Source of the DNA: Octopus sinensis
Taxonomy: Eukaryota
NCBI RefSeq assembly: GCF_006345805.1
Contig: NC_043005.1
Location: 99,200,001-99,264,000, forward strand
Length of the DNA: 64,000 nt
Reading direction: 5' to 3'
The notes beneath the pieces were generated by a model. The model was not told the origin of the DNA. It saw only the letters and a program-made list of their open reading frames with translations, and did not search any database. Both the position numbers and the translations under genes were made by a program. Positions 51,206 to 62,380 of the stretch are shown here, piece after piece (the first letter of the stretch is position 1; every line of letters begins with the position of its first letter).

Positions 51206-51692
51206 GCTAAATAAGCAATAATAATAATACTTAGAGGTACTACTTCTACTGCTAAGACCATGACCACTACAACAACAACAATACTAAAGGTGATCAAGAT
51301 GAAGATAGCACGAAATTATCTTATTTAGGGTTAAAAGTTCTATTGCCACCACCATCACCACTAGCAACAATAATTAAGGTGCTGACAATGATGATGATGA
51401 CAACTGAAATATAAAAATCTCTGACAAAGGCTATTTACAACATTTCTAAAAATAGCCCAACAATTGCTGCCTCGGCCAGGGTTAAGATACAGGACTCTTG
51501 ACATGTCCAACAAAGCGTGACGCCTAAACCAATCAGCCAGCTTAAGTAATTGAGTGATACTACACACTGATTGGTCAGAATACAGTTTGCAAAACCTAGC
51601 AATCTGGAGCCTAAACAGGTGTATTTAAGGCACAGATGTAACCATCTCCATACAGTCAAAAATTGTGAAGCATGACTGTCACCACTACTACA

Positions 51693-51737
51693 TGAACCTG
51701 AAGATTGTATAATTTAATGCATGAAAGTACTAGTTCA
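51693..51737 (+). ncRNA. Type I hammerhead ribozyme motif in the Penelope 3' region
   Basis: UGAAC CUGAAGA U UGUAU AAUUUA AUGCA U GAAA GUAC UA GUUCA: intact CUGANGA/GAAA/UH core, 5-bp stems I and II, palindromic AGUACU stem III. Confidence 0.72.
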
Positions 51738-51869
51738 ATCAGAATGAACATTTAACATTCTATTATTTTATTTTATTTTATTATTTTATATTATCTTATA
51801 TTATATCATTATAAGATTGTAAATAAAACATGAAAATCAGACAAGGTTGGAATTCCTTTTATTAATATA

Positions 51870-52719
51870 TATCTAGCCAAAACCAAAGTCCTAATAAGTA
51901 GGAAGGTGGACCAACCACAAACGACTTCAGGTAGATGGCCCTGCTCGATCTGTAAAAAAGGTGTAGGTACAAACTCTATAAGGTGCACCAAGTGTAAGCT
52001 ATGGACACATAAGAGGTGCAGCAATGTCAAGGGAAGGCTAACTAAAAAATAGTTTTTGTCTGTGGCAGATGCTCAGGAGAAATAAACACTGGAAATGTGC
52101 AGAGTCCAACTTCTACCACGTTCCAGGGAGACAAACTAGAAGTAGTTGATAGCTTCCGCTACCTAGGAGACCAAGTCAGTAGCGGGGGTGGGTGTGCTGA
52201 AAGCGTAACTGCTAGAGTAAGAATAGCCTGGGCAAAGTTTAGAGAGCTCTACCCCTGCTGGTGACAAAAGGTCTCTCGCTAAGAGTAAAAGGCAGACTAT
52301 ATGATGCGTGTGTACGTACAGCCATGCTACATGGTAGTGAAACATGGGCCGTGACAGCTGAGGATATGCGTAAGCTTGCAAGAAATGAAGCCAGTATGCT
52401 CCGATGGATGTGTAATCTCAGTGTTCATAATCGTCAGATGTAAGTACTTTGAGAGAAAAGTTGAACCTAAGAAGTGTCAGTTGTGGTGTGCAAGAGAGAC
52501 GGCTGCGCTGGTATGGTCATGTGACGAGAATGGCTGAAGATAGTTGTGTGCAAAAGTGCTACACCCTAGCAGTTGAGGGAACCTGTGAAGAGGTAGACCC
52601 AGGAAACCTGGGACGAGGTGGTGAAGCACGACCTTCGAACTTTAGGTCTCACCAAGGAAATGACTGAAGACCGAGTCCTATGGAAGTGTGCTGTGCATGA
52701 GAGGACCCGGCAGGACTAG
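51870..52719 (+). pseudogene. RTE-clade LINE RT C-terminal part with Cys-rich (PHD-like) insert
   Basis: LAKTKVLI...WPCSICKKGVGTNSIRCTKCKLWTHKRC...VDSFRYLGD...AMLHGSETWA...RRLRWYGHV..R; several frameshifts; stop at 52717-52719. Confidence 0.88.
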
Positions 52720-54922
52720 TCAGGCCATATCCCGTGGCCCCTACCTGGGATGTAGTCGATCCACCTGTGCATACCTTCCTTCTTGTGACACTTGTGAAGA
52801 CCTGCTGAGGCAAGTGAAAATCAATCAAAATAGATGAACATCAATGGAATTTGTATCTTTGTGGTACCAGTGCCTGTGGCACACAAGAAAACCATCCGAA
52901 CGTGGCCGTAGCCAGTACCGCATCGACTGGCCTCCGTGCTGTGGGAACATGGTGGCACATAAAAACACCATCCGAAGACCCGGCAAGACTAGTCAGGTCA
53001 TAACCCGTGGGCCCTACCTGGGACGTAGTCAGTCCACCTGTACATACCTTCCGACTTGTGAAGACCTGCTGAGGCAAGTGAAAATCAAATCAAATCAAAA
53101 CAAATCAAAATAGATGAACATCAATGGAATTGTATCCTTGTGGTACCAGTGCCAGTGGCACACAAGAATCCATCTGAACGTGGCCGTAGTCAGTACGCTT
53201 GTGGTACCAGTGCCGGTGGCACACAAGAATCCATCCGAACGTGGCCGTATTCAGTACCGCTTGTGATACCAGTGCCGGTGGCACACAAGAATCCATCCGA
53301 ACGTGGCCGTAGTCAGTACCGCTTGTGGTACCAGTGCCGGTGGCACACAAGAATCCATCCGAACGTGGCCGTAGTCAGTACCGCATCACTGGCCATCGTG
53401 CTGTGGGCACTAACAAACACCATCCGGTCGTGGCGGTTCGCCAGCCTCATCTAGCACCAGTGTCGGTGGCACATAAAAACACCTTCCGAAGACCCGGCAA
53501 GACTAGTCAGGCCATAAACCATGGCCCCTACCTGGGACGTAGTCAGTCCACCTGTGCATACCTTCCTCCTTGTGATACTTGTGAAGGCCTGTTGAGGCAA
53601 GTGAAAATCAAATCCAAATCAACAAATCAAAATAGATGAACATCAATGGAATCTTCCTTCTTGTGACACTTGTGAGGACCTGTTGAGGCAAGTGAAAATC
53701 AAATCAAAACAAATCAAAATAGATGAACATCAATGGAATCTGTATCTTTGTGGTACCAGTGCCGGTGGCACACATGAGAACCATCCGAACGTGGCCGTAG
53801 CCAGTTCCGCATCGACCGGCCTCCGTGCTGTGGGCACGTAACAAACACCATCCGATCATGGCCGTTCGCCAGCCTCATCTGGCACCTGTGTCGGTGGCAC
53901 ATAAAAACACCTTCCGAAGACCCGGCAAGACTAGTCAGTCCACCTGTGCATACCTTCCTTTTGTGACACTTGTGAAGACCGGTTGAGGCAAGAGAAAATC
54001 AAATCAAATCAAATCAAATCAAAATAGACAAAATAGATGAACATCAATGGAATTTGTATCTTGTGGTACCAGTGCCTGTGGCACACAAGAATCCATCAGT
54101 GCCGTAGTCAGTGCGGTGGGCACATGACAAACACCATCCGATCGTGGCCGTTCGCCAGCCTCATCTAGCACCTGTGTCGGTGGCACATAAAAAACACCAT
54201 CCGAAGACCGGCAAGACTAGTCAGGCCTAACCCATGGCCCCTACCGGACGTAGTCAGTCCACCTGTGCATACCTTCCTTCTTGTGACACTTGTGAAGACC
54301 TGTTGAGGCAAGTGAAAATCAAATCAAAACAAATCAAAATAGATGAACATCAATGGAATTTGTATCTTTGTGGCACGTGGCACATAAGAAAACCATCCGA
54401 ACGTGGCCGTAGCCAGTACCGCATCGACTGGCCTCCATGTGCTGTGGGCACGTAACAAGCACCATCCGATCGTGGCCGTTTGCCAGCCTCATAAAAACAC
54501 CATCCGAGCGTGGCCGTCTGCCAGCCTCGTCTGGCACCTGTGTCGGTGGCACATAGAAACACCATCCGAGCGTGGCGTCTGCCAGCCTCGTCTGGCACCT
54601 GTGTCGGTGGCACATAAAAAACACCATCCGAGCGTGGCCGTCTGCCAGCCTCGTCTGGCACCTGTGTCGGTGGCACATAAAAAACACCATCCGAGCGTGG
54701 CCGTTTGCCAGCCTCGTCTGGCACCTGTGTCGGTGGCACATAAAATCACCCACTACACCTCGGAGTGGTTGGCGTTAGGAAGGGCATCCAGCTGTAGAAA
54801 CACTGCCAGATCTGACTGGACTGGTGCAGCTTTCGGGCTCCCCAGACCCCAGTTGAACCGTCCAACCCATGCTAGCATGGAAAGCGGACGTTAATTGATG
54901 ATGATGATGATGATGATGATGA
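52704..54922 (+). repeat. Higher-order tandem array of the RTE 3'UTR ending in the (GAT)n tail
   Basis: GAC(C)CGGCA(A/G)GACTAGTCAG restarts near 52704, 52978, 53491, 53919 and 54206; internal ~62-bp subrepeats at ~53140-53385 and ~54493-54745. Confidence 0.9.
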
Positions 54923-54951
54923 TATATAAGTATATATAATATGTATATGTA

Positions 54952-54982
<31 letters not shown>

Positions 54983-55174
54983 GCCACACCCTATAAAACT
55001 TCTGTTCCATCCATTTTGGACAGTCAAAAGAAGACATTTCTAATTTCGGTATTTCAACCAATATATTACTCATTATAACTTTGTGAAATTTTCGAATTTA
55101 TTTAATTTATTGATTTTTGGTTCATATTCGTATTCATTTTTTTTTGTTTTATTCTAAAGGAATTCTTTGTTAAG

Positions 55175-55259
55175 ACTTCAGTGTGAAGCAGTAAACTTTG
55201 AAGAGTGGACACTTGATGGCCACTCGTTCTTAATATTGCAACAGTTTAGAAGAAAGTGA
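55175..55259 (+). CDS. Weak candidate terminal exon, (R)LQCEAVNFEEWTLDGHSFLILQQFRRK*
   Basis: TTCTTTGTTAAG| acceptor after a T-rich tract; protein-like composition; no homology recognised. Confidence 0.2.
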
Positions 55260-56159
55260 TCAAAGTTGTATCAACTAGTTTAGCTATAAGTAACTTGTGT
55301 GTGGTGTAGAAGGTTATACACACACAGATATTACATACATACACTTATTCCTTTATATACACATTATGCACAAACACATACTTATGGACTCACATTTCTT
55401 TTAGACATGAGTGTGTCTGTCCACACACACACTTATCCATAACTATTTTGTTCTCCATCGCTTTCTCTCTCTCCATCCACTTCCTGTACACATGTATACC
55501 TCCATCCATATACACTCACCTTCTCACATACATGCAAAAATATCCTATATAATGATTTTCTTTCTTATTTGTCATTTATTTGTTTCATTAAAAGATGATA
55601 GCGAAATCCTTGTCTTATGTTGTGGCATTGGAACAACCATTAATATCATTTAAACTGGCACAACAACGATAAGAACAGACAGACAGATTATGGTGGTTAA
55701 GAAATTTTGTGAAAAAAAAACAGTTTTGAATACAAAACAAAAATATCATCGATAACGAAAAACAAACAGGTGATTTCAGCCACATTTTGGAATTTGTTAA
55801 CAGTCATCATTTAAGCCTGATCAAACCAAACCAGATGAGAGGAGATTAATTAAGATAGTTTTACCATTACAAATATATTTGCTTGAAACAAATTCATCCA
55901 TTTTAAACTTCCTTTTAAGTTGATTTGACAGTTTGCTATTATTTCTGATGTTCTTCTTTTAGTTAAATGTGAATCTACTCTCTCTCTCTCTTTCCCCCAC
56001 ATTCTCTCTCTAGTCACACACACGTGTATGTATATAAATACACACACACATACACTATAATAGATGTATGTATACACACTGATGCATATATAAAATTGAT
56101 ATCCTAATTCATTGGTTTGCATTGTTTACAGATTTACTGTAATGGAGCTAAGTGCAATA

Positions 56160-56652
56160 TAACAACTGTAGGCATGTGGCTAAGAAGTTAGCCGCCCAAG
56201 CATGTAGTTCCTAGTTCATCCCCACTGTGAAGCACTTCAAGGCAGTGTCTGCTACTTTAACCCACCCTGGGTTGACCAAAACCTTTTGAGTAGATTTGGT
56301 TGACAAAAATTGAAAAAGAAACCTGTTGTATATATATCACCCATGCCGGTGACACGTAAAAAGCACTGTCCAAACTTTGCAGATGCCAGTGCCGCCTGAC
56401 TGGTGTCTGTGTTGGCAACACGTAAAGGCACCAACCAATCATGGCTGTTTGCCAGCCTGCTCTGGCCCCTGTGCCAGTGGCATGTAAAAAAGACCCACTA
56501 CACTTATGGTGCGGTTGGCGTTAGGAAGGGCATCCAGCTGTAGAAACACTGCCAAATCAGACTAGAGCCTGGTGCATCCTCCATGGCTTACCAGACCCTG
56601 GTTGAACCGTCCAACCCATGCTAGCATGGAAAACGGACATTAAATGATGATG
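56160..56652 (+). mobile_element. Family A SINE head fused to RTE tail
   Basis: Degenerate family A head to ~56340, then the shared tail ending GATGATGATG. Confidence 0.65.
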
Positions 56653-56655
56653 ATG

Positions 56656-56706
<51 letters not shown>

Positions 56707-56837
56707 TATATAGAGGGCATTATTACACATAAATGCCACATGCTAGGAGGGACTCTTAAAGTCAAAACTACTAAAATAAATAAACATATCGTACCGAAAG
56801 CAAGTCTCGAAGCAAGTCATTTAAAAACAGAATTCAG

Positions 56838-56900
56838 CTGCAGATCACCAGTGATTTCGTAATTAGTGCAGTTATATGCACTCTTCACTCATCGGTGCAA
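56838..56900 (-). ncRNA. Type I hammerhead ribozyme motif, long stems, U4C
   Basis: UUGCA CCGAUGA GUGA AG AGUGCA UAUAAC UGCACU AA UUAC GAAA UCAC UG GUGA UC UGCAG. Confidence 0.7.
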
Positions 56901-57344
56901 GTATAATTCAAGATTTATAATGAATGAACAAAAACAACATACCAGATGAACAACTGTCGCATCCACCGTAGTATATCGGATTGTTCACTCCTTAAACATC
57001 TATGTGAATGGCAGGCTTTTTCGAATTGCATTTCGGTAACAACATGCCTATTCGAAATAAAAATTCAGTATTGAATATACTCTGGTTAAATTTATAATTT
57101 TCCTTTTTCTATGTGTCTCTCTCGTTTTTTTCTTTTGTGAAGGTTCATAAGGTGGGTAGGTAGTAGCAGATCTGAAAAATTGTGTTTATGGGTGCAAAGA
57201 TATATTTGGTTCTGAAGTTAGATGGTTTAAGCAGCAGCAGTCAACAAAGAAGGTGAAGAAGAGGGAGGAGAAGAAGAAGAAGAGGGAGGAGAAGAAGAAG
57301 AAGAATGAGAAAATACATATACACACACATGTATATATATATAT

Positions 57345-57908
57345 AATTAATAGTTATCGCCATACTTATATGGCTGTCTTATAAATATAAGACTAAAGCT
57401 GTCGATGATTAGCTCCAAGAGGCCACCACCTCAAGCTAGCTATTTGACACACAATCTGCGTCCATTATAGACTTTTGAACAGGGGAGGTCAGCCGCTTCA
57501 TCCTGCTAGTCAGACAGCTGCAGACGTGTTTCAGGGTAGTTGCCCTTTATCAATGCAGCATAGTCAGACCCAGCAGGTGTCGCTACTGACTGTCCCTGTT
57601 CGAAAAATCTATTTACCTAGTTTTGGTGGAATACATCCACTTGTTTTCAATAATAGAAATATTAAAATTACTAAGTCTCTCTAAAAGAGATTACAGCAGC
57701 GTTACTGGAAATTACTGTTCGAAAGTCTATAATGGACGCAGATTGTGTGTCAAATAGCTAGCTTGAGGCGGTGGCCTCTTGGAGCTATTCATCGATAGCT
57801 TTAGTCTTATATTTATAAGACTGCCATATAAGTATGGCAATAACTATTAATTTCCAGTAACGCTGCCGTAATCACTTTTAGAGAGACTTAGTAATTTTAA
57901 TATTTCTA
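57345..57908. mobile_element. Short element with nested inverted duplications (A-X-B-A'-B'), Penelope pLTR-like
   Basis: A 57345-57482 vs A' 57715-57852; B 57654-57714 vs B' 57848-57908; hammerhead in X. Confidence 0.75.
57517..57559 (-). ncRNA. Type I hammerhead motif with U3-A8 covariant core
   Basis: GCUGCA UUGAUAA AGGG CAACUA CCCU GAAA CACG UC UGCAGC: 6-bp stem I, 4-bp stem II. Confidence 0.65.
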
Positions 57909-59329
57909 GTATGTATGTATGTATGTATGTATGAATGTATGAATGAATGAATGATGTTGATGTCATAAGAATCTATAAACATTTGAAAGAATGTGAAATG
58001 ATTCTTTTTGGCAATGGATCTTGAAGCACATATACATCTATAAATAATAGACTATAAATATTGGATGAAAATTTCTTTTTTGGGATTAGGCAGCCTTCAA
58101 TATTTTCTATCCAAATAGGGTTTTGCAATCCAATATTTATATGCTATTATTTATAGCTTTATATGTGCTTCAAGATCCATTCCAAAAAGATGTGTGTGTG
58201 TGTGTGTGTACATGTGTGAGTATGTGTGATGTGTGTGTGTCTATGTGTTTGTTTACAACTGCTGCTTGCTTATTGCAAGGTTGGGATGTTTGCACTGTGT
58301 TCTGTTAGCATTGCCTTTGAAGTCTGTGTCATAAGGAATCCTTTATTTGAAAACAGATAAGGGTTAGCAAGAACAGCATTAAGCTGTAAAATGGTGCCTA
58401 AAATTAACAAATTGAACATTCATAACCAAAACTCCAGACTTAGAAACACTGCCAGCCCTTCCTCCTACCACCTTTCAAATCAATCCCACCCTTCTCTCTT
58501 CTAGTAACTCATGCCTCACACCAACCTTCACACAACTGTCTCTCTTGGCTGTTCCCTTTTCCAACTCCCCTTCTCTCTCTACTTCTCTCAACCTCTACTT
58601 TAATTTCTTCATCTACCTTTCTGTCTTTATCTTTTCACCTGTTTGCCTCACTTCCTCTTCCACCAATCATTCACTGCATTACTTTACTACTCAGTCAAAG
58701 AAGTCTTTGACTTAAGGGGCTTTATTTTTCCACTCCTCATCCCAACCAAACGTGGTAAAGTCCTGAATATTTCTATATCTTGATACTGTCTAATATAAAT
58801 AATGATTTTCGTCCTCTTGTCCATAATCTCAAATCATAATCTCTGATCACGAAAGTATTAACAATATATTTGTATCTGTGACAGTTAATTTTCCATGTTA
58901 AAATGATAGAAATTGTGCAACAGGACCCATGATTCCTAAAAGATTGAAATATGAAGAAAGAGCAAATTGATCATTATAAGAAATGTTAACCTGTTTGGCA
59001 AAGGTTTATTGCTTAAAACTCAGACAGGTATACATTACCTTGCCAATTGACCATCTTTTTGTCTGTTATTCAACAACTGATTATTAAATATCAACCCTCA
59101 TGTTCTGTTTACTTTAATTTATCCTTATAGGCATTGGAATTAAACAAATAGACATAGCAGCCAAAATACCTCACAGCACACCCTATCAGCATCTTAAAAA
59201 GTAAAATATAATATAGTCCTAGACACACAAACATTAAAGCAGTTGGTATGGTCTTAGAACATCTTTGGTCATGAGTATGCTCATTAATTGTTAACCTGTG
59301 GTTAAACAACTGCAAGAACATTATTGCAT

Positions 59330-59332
59330 GAG

Positions 59333-59386
<54 letters not shown>
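59330..59386. repeat. (GA)n microsatellite
   Basis: Direct reading. Confidence 0.95.
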
Positions 59387-59392
<6 letters not shown>

Positions 59393-60569
59393 GTAAAGTA
59401 TTTGGTCTGATGTTGTCTTCTCTAAATACCTATTAGTAGTTGTTGTTGCCATAACCAGTGTTACATATGTAAGTTGTTTTACCATAGATCAGCCCTCAAT
59501 GGTCAAACCTTGTAACCATGATCATTCTATTCTTTTGATATATCTAGCGATGACCTCATTCAATATATTCTTCCATTTTATGACAGCAGAATTGAATGAT
59601 TTGAAGATTTGGTTGTGTTTCAAGCAAATGAAGAAACCACTATAAAATTCCTTTGTTAGCTTCTGTAATCAGAAACACCACATCTTCAGCAAATTCAAAA
59701 CTAACTTAATTAGTTATCATTAGTGTTATATAATCCTGATTGGACATACCAAATGTGATGAAGTGAAATAGATGGAACTGGTTCATTTTGAGCCAGAGTT
59801 TGTTGTTTAATATTCAACATGTTAATGGTATTATTGAATACTTTGCAGTCAATTCTACTGCTTATCCCTTCATGGTTAATTAGTAGTAATGAACTGGCTT
59901 TGATTGAATCAGCTGTACAATTATTGCTCTGGCATCAAGCTAAATCAGTATTAATAGTATGGTGAGTGTTGGATTGGTAGAGAATCAGACAAATTGCCTT
60001 GTGGTAGTTACAACCATTCACTTTCCTAGTTCAATCTCTGCCAAGATTAATTTGATCAATCATGCTTTCAAAATGATGAAATAAAATATCACTCAAATAC
60101 TGGATCAATATAATCATATTTAATTCATGGTTGGATTAAGACCTATAGTGGTACTAAGTACTTAAAAATTTTGGTACCTCCATAATTCAAATTATAAATG
60201 ATAATAAAGCATAAAATATATTTTAATTTTACATCAAAATGAAACAAGACTAACAGTAAGATGGAAAATAATGTTTAGTTTTGTATACCTCCACTTTATT
60301 TATATTTGGAAATTTTCTCCTACATTTTTAATTGCAAAGTCTTTAATCAGGTCCTTACTATGATGCTGTGAACACCATAAAACTGTCTACATTTCTGTGG
60401 TGCCCCTTGATACCTTAAGCACATTCTTATTTTGCTTAACTGTTAATCCAGCACTGGCTTAGGCCTCCTTCAAAACAATTTTTGATCTTCTGTGTATATT
60501 AGAAAGCAATATTTAAGAATGATAATTGCTAGCCACTTGAAGTAACATGGTGACATTGAGACCATATTT

Positions 60570-60737
60570 AGGTGAAAAGAGTGGTTGGCGTTAGGAAGGG
60601 CATCCAACTGTAGAAACTCTGCCAGATCAAGATTGAAGCCTGGTGCAGCCATCTGGTTCGCCAGTCCTCAGTCATTTGTCCAACCCATGCTAGCATGGAA
60701 AGTGGATGTTAAACGATGATGATGATGATGATGATGA
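60570..60737 (+). mobile_element. RTE 3'UTR tail / SINE end
   Basis: Shared tail with (GAT)n. Confidence 0.8.
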
Positions 60738-60814
60738 TCCCAATGCAATCATCAGTAAACTTCTTAGACAAAGATGTGTAAGAAAGTAATACAATTTTTA
60801 TTTGCCTTATTTAT

Positions 60815-60867
60815 TGACTCACCCCTGACTCACCGAGGGTGAGTCAGAAAATCACGCATCTGACTCA
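60815..60867. promoter_or_regulatory. Homotypic cluster of four AP-1 sites (TGACTCA/TGAGTCA)
   Basis: Sites at 60815, 60826, 60840 and 60861; sites 2 and 3 form a 10-bp inverted repeat (60825-60847). Confidence 0.45.
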
Positions 60868-61834
60868 CAGCTGATGTATCACAGACTCAAATCCGAATAT
60901 TTCATTGAGCAACATTGCAACAAAATGCTAAATGACACACCTGGCTGTCATTAGTGATTTGGTAACAGATCATCTTTTAATGTGACCCAAATTACACAGA
61001 CTTGGTTTTGAATTATTTCCTGTCTGTTTCGTACTAAGAACCCAGACCTAACCACTGAGTCGTCATTAAACAGACTTGTTGCACCAGTTTTAATTTCTGT
61101 CTCTTCACTTCATTATATTTCATTTCCTCTGTAAAACTTAAGCCTGCCACTTCAGTAAATCAAACTGTAATCATTGTTACCATAATCACTAAGATTTTTA
61201 TTATTATCGTCATCTTTATCTGATGTTAATTCTTTATTTTATACACACACACACACATTTCATAAAACTGTCAAGGAATATCTGTGAGTACAACTGAAGA
61301 AAAATGGCAGAACATGAAAGGATTCGAGGTGCACAGTTTCAGTTTGTTGTTATTTTTCAAACAAATGCCAACTTTCTGCCACTTGGAAATTTTATTTGTT
61401 ATTTTATATCATTTCTACTTTTTTCGTTTTTTTTTTTTCATTTTTTTTTACTGTCAGTTAAATTAAATATTCTCTTTGAAAAATTTTTTTCTGTTGTGTC
61501 TGGAATCCTTCAGTCTGCTATAAATCAAAATCTTTGTCTGATATCCCATGATTGTAGTATTTGTTTGTCAATTTCTCTGTTTGTTGTTGTTGTTGTTTTC
61601 ACTACAAGACTTCCTACTGTAATGTTAGATTTATAACTGTTGTTGTTGTTGCTTCTATGGCAGTGAATTGACTAGAACTGTGTGTGGAATATTTATTTCG
61701 TTTTATAAGAAGAGAAAGGTAACAATGGCCTGGAAGTAAAACTAATAACTAAAAGAGACTTCAGCAGATAACACATATGTGACCAGTATTGATGTCCTTC
61801 ACTAAGATATATACACATGCTCACACGCATACAT

Positions 61835-62380
61835 AATCATCATCATCATCGTTGTTTAACGTCCGCTTTCCATGCTAGCATGGGTTGGACGATTTTGACT
61901 GAGGGCTGGTGAACCAGATGGCTGCACCAGGCTCCAGTCTGATCTGGCAGAGTTTCTACAGCTGGATGCCCTTCCTAACACCAACCACTCCTAGAGTGTA
62001 GTGGGTGCTTTTACGTGCCACCAGCATGGGGCTAGTCAGGCGGTACTGACAATGACCTCACTCAAATCTTTTACACATGCCACTGGCACAGGTGCCAGTA
62101 AGGTGATGCTGGTAATGATCACGCTCGAATGGTGCCTTATATGTTCCACCGGCATGGAGGCCAGTTAGCCGCTCTGGCAATGATCTTGCTCGGATGGTAC
62201 TCTTAACAGTAAGGCAATGCTGGTAATGATCACACTCGAATGGTGCCTTTTATGTGCCACTGGCACGGAAGCCGGTTAGCCGCTCTGTCAACGATCACAC
62301 TTGTATGGTGCTCTTTGCACCCCGCTAGCATGGATGCCAGTCATCGAATTTGATTTTGATTTTGATTACACTTGCCTCAA
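61835..62380 (-). mobile_element. Long RTE 3'UTR fragment with internal subrepeats
   Basis: (CAT)n, reverse tail, then repeated ATGATCACGCTCGAATGGTGCC units ending GAATTTGATTTTGATTTTGAT, related to the 52704-54922 array. Confidence 0.8.

Larger units (their letters stand above)
49804..51855. mobile_element. Penelope-like element, two 5'-truncated copies back to back (arms 49804-50787 and 50870-51855)
   Basis: Arms are reverse complements; GIY-YIG endonuclease on both strands; hammerhead near each outer end. Confidence 0.92.

Noticed and set aside
52800-52830. CTGAGG...GAAA in the RTE tandem unit as a retrozyme hammerhead
   Set aside because: Core is not CUGANGA and the stems do not form.
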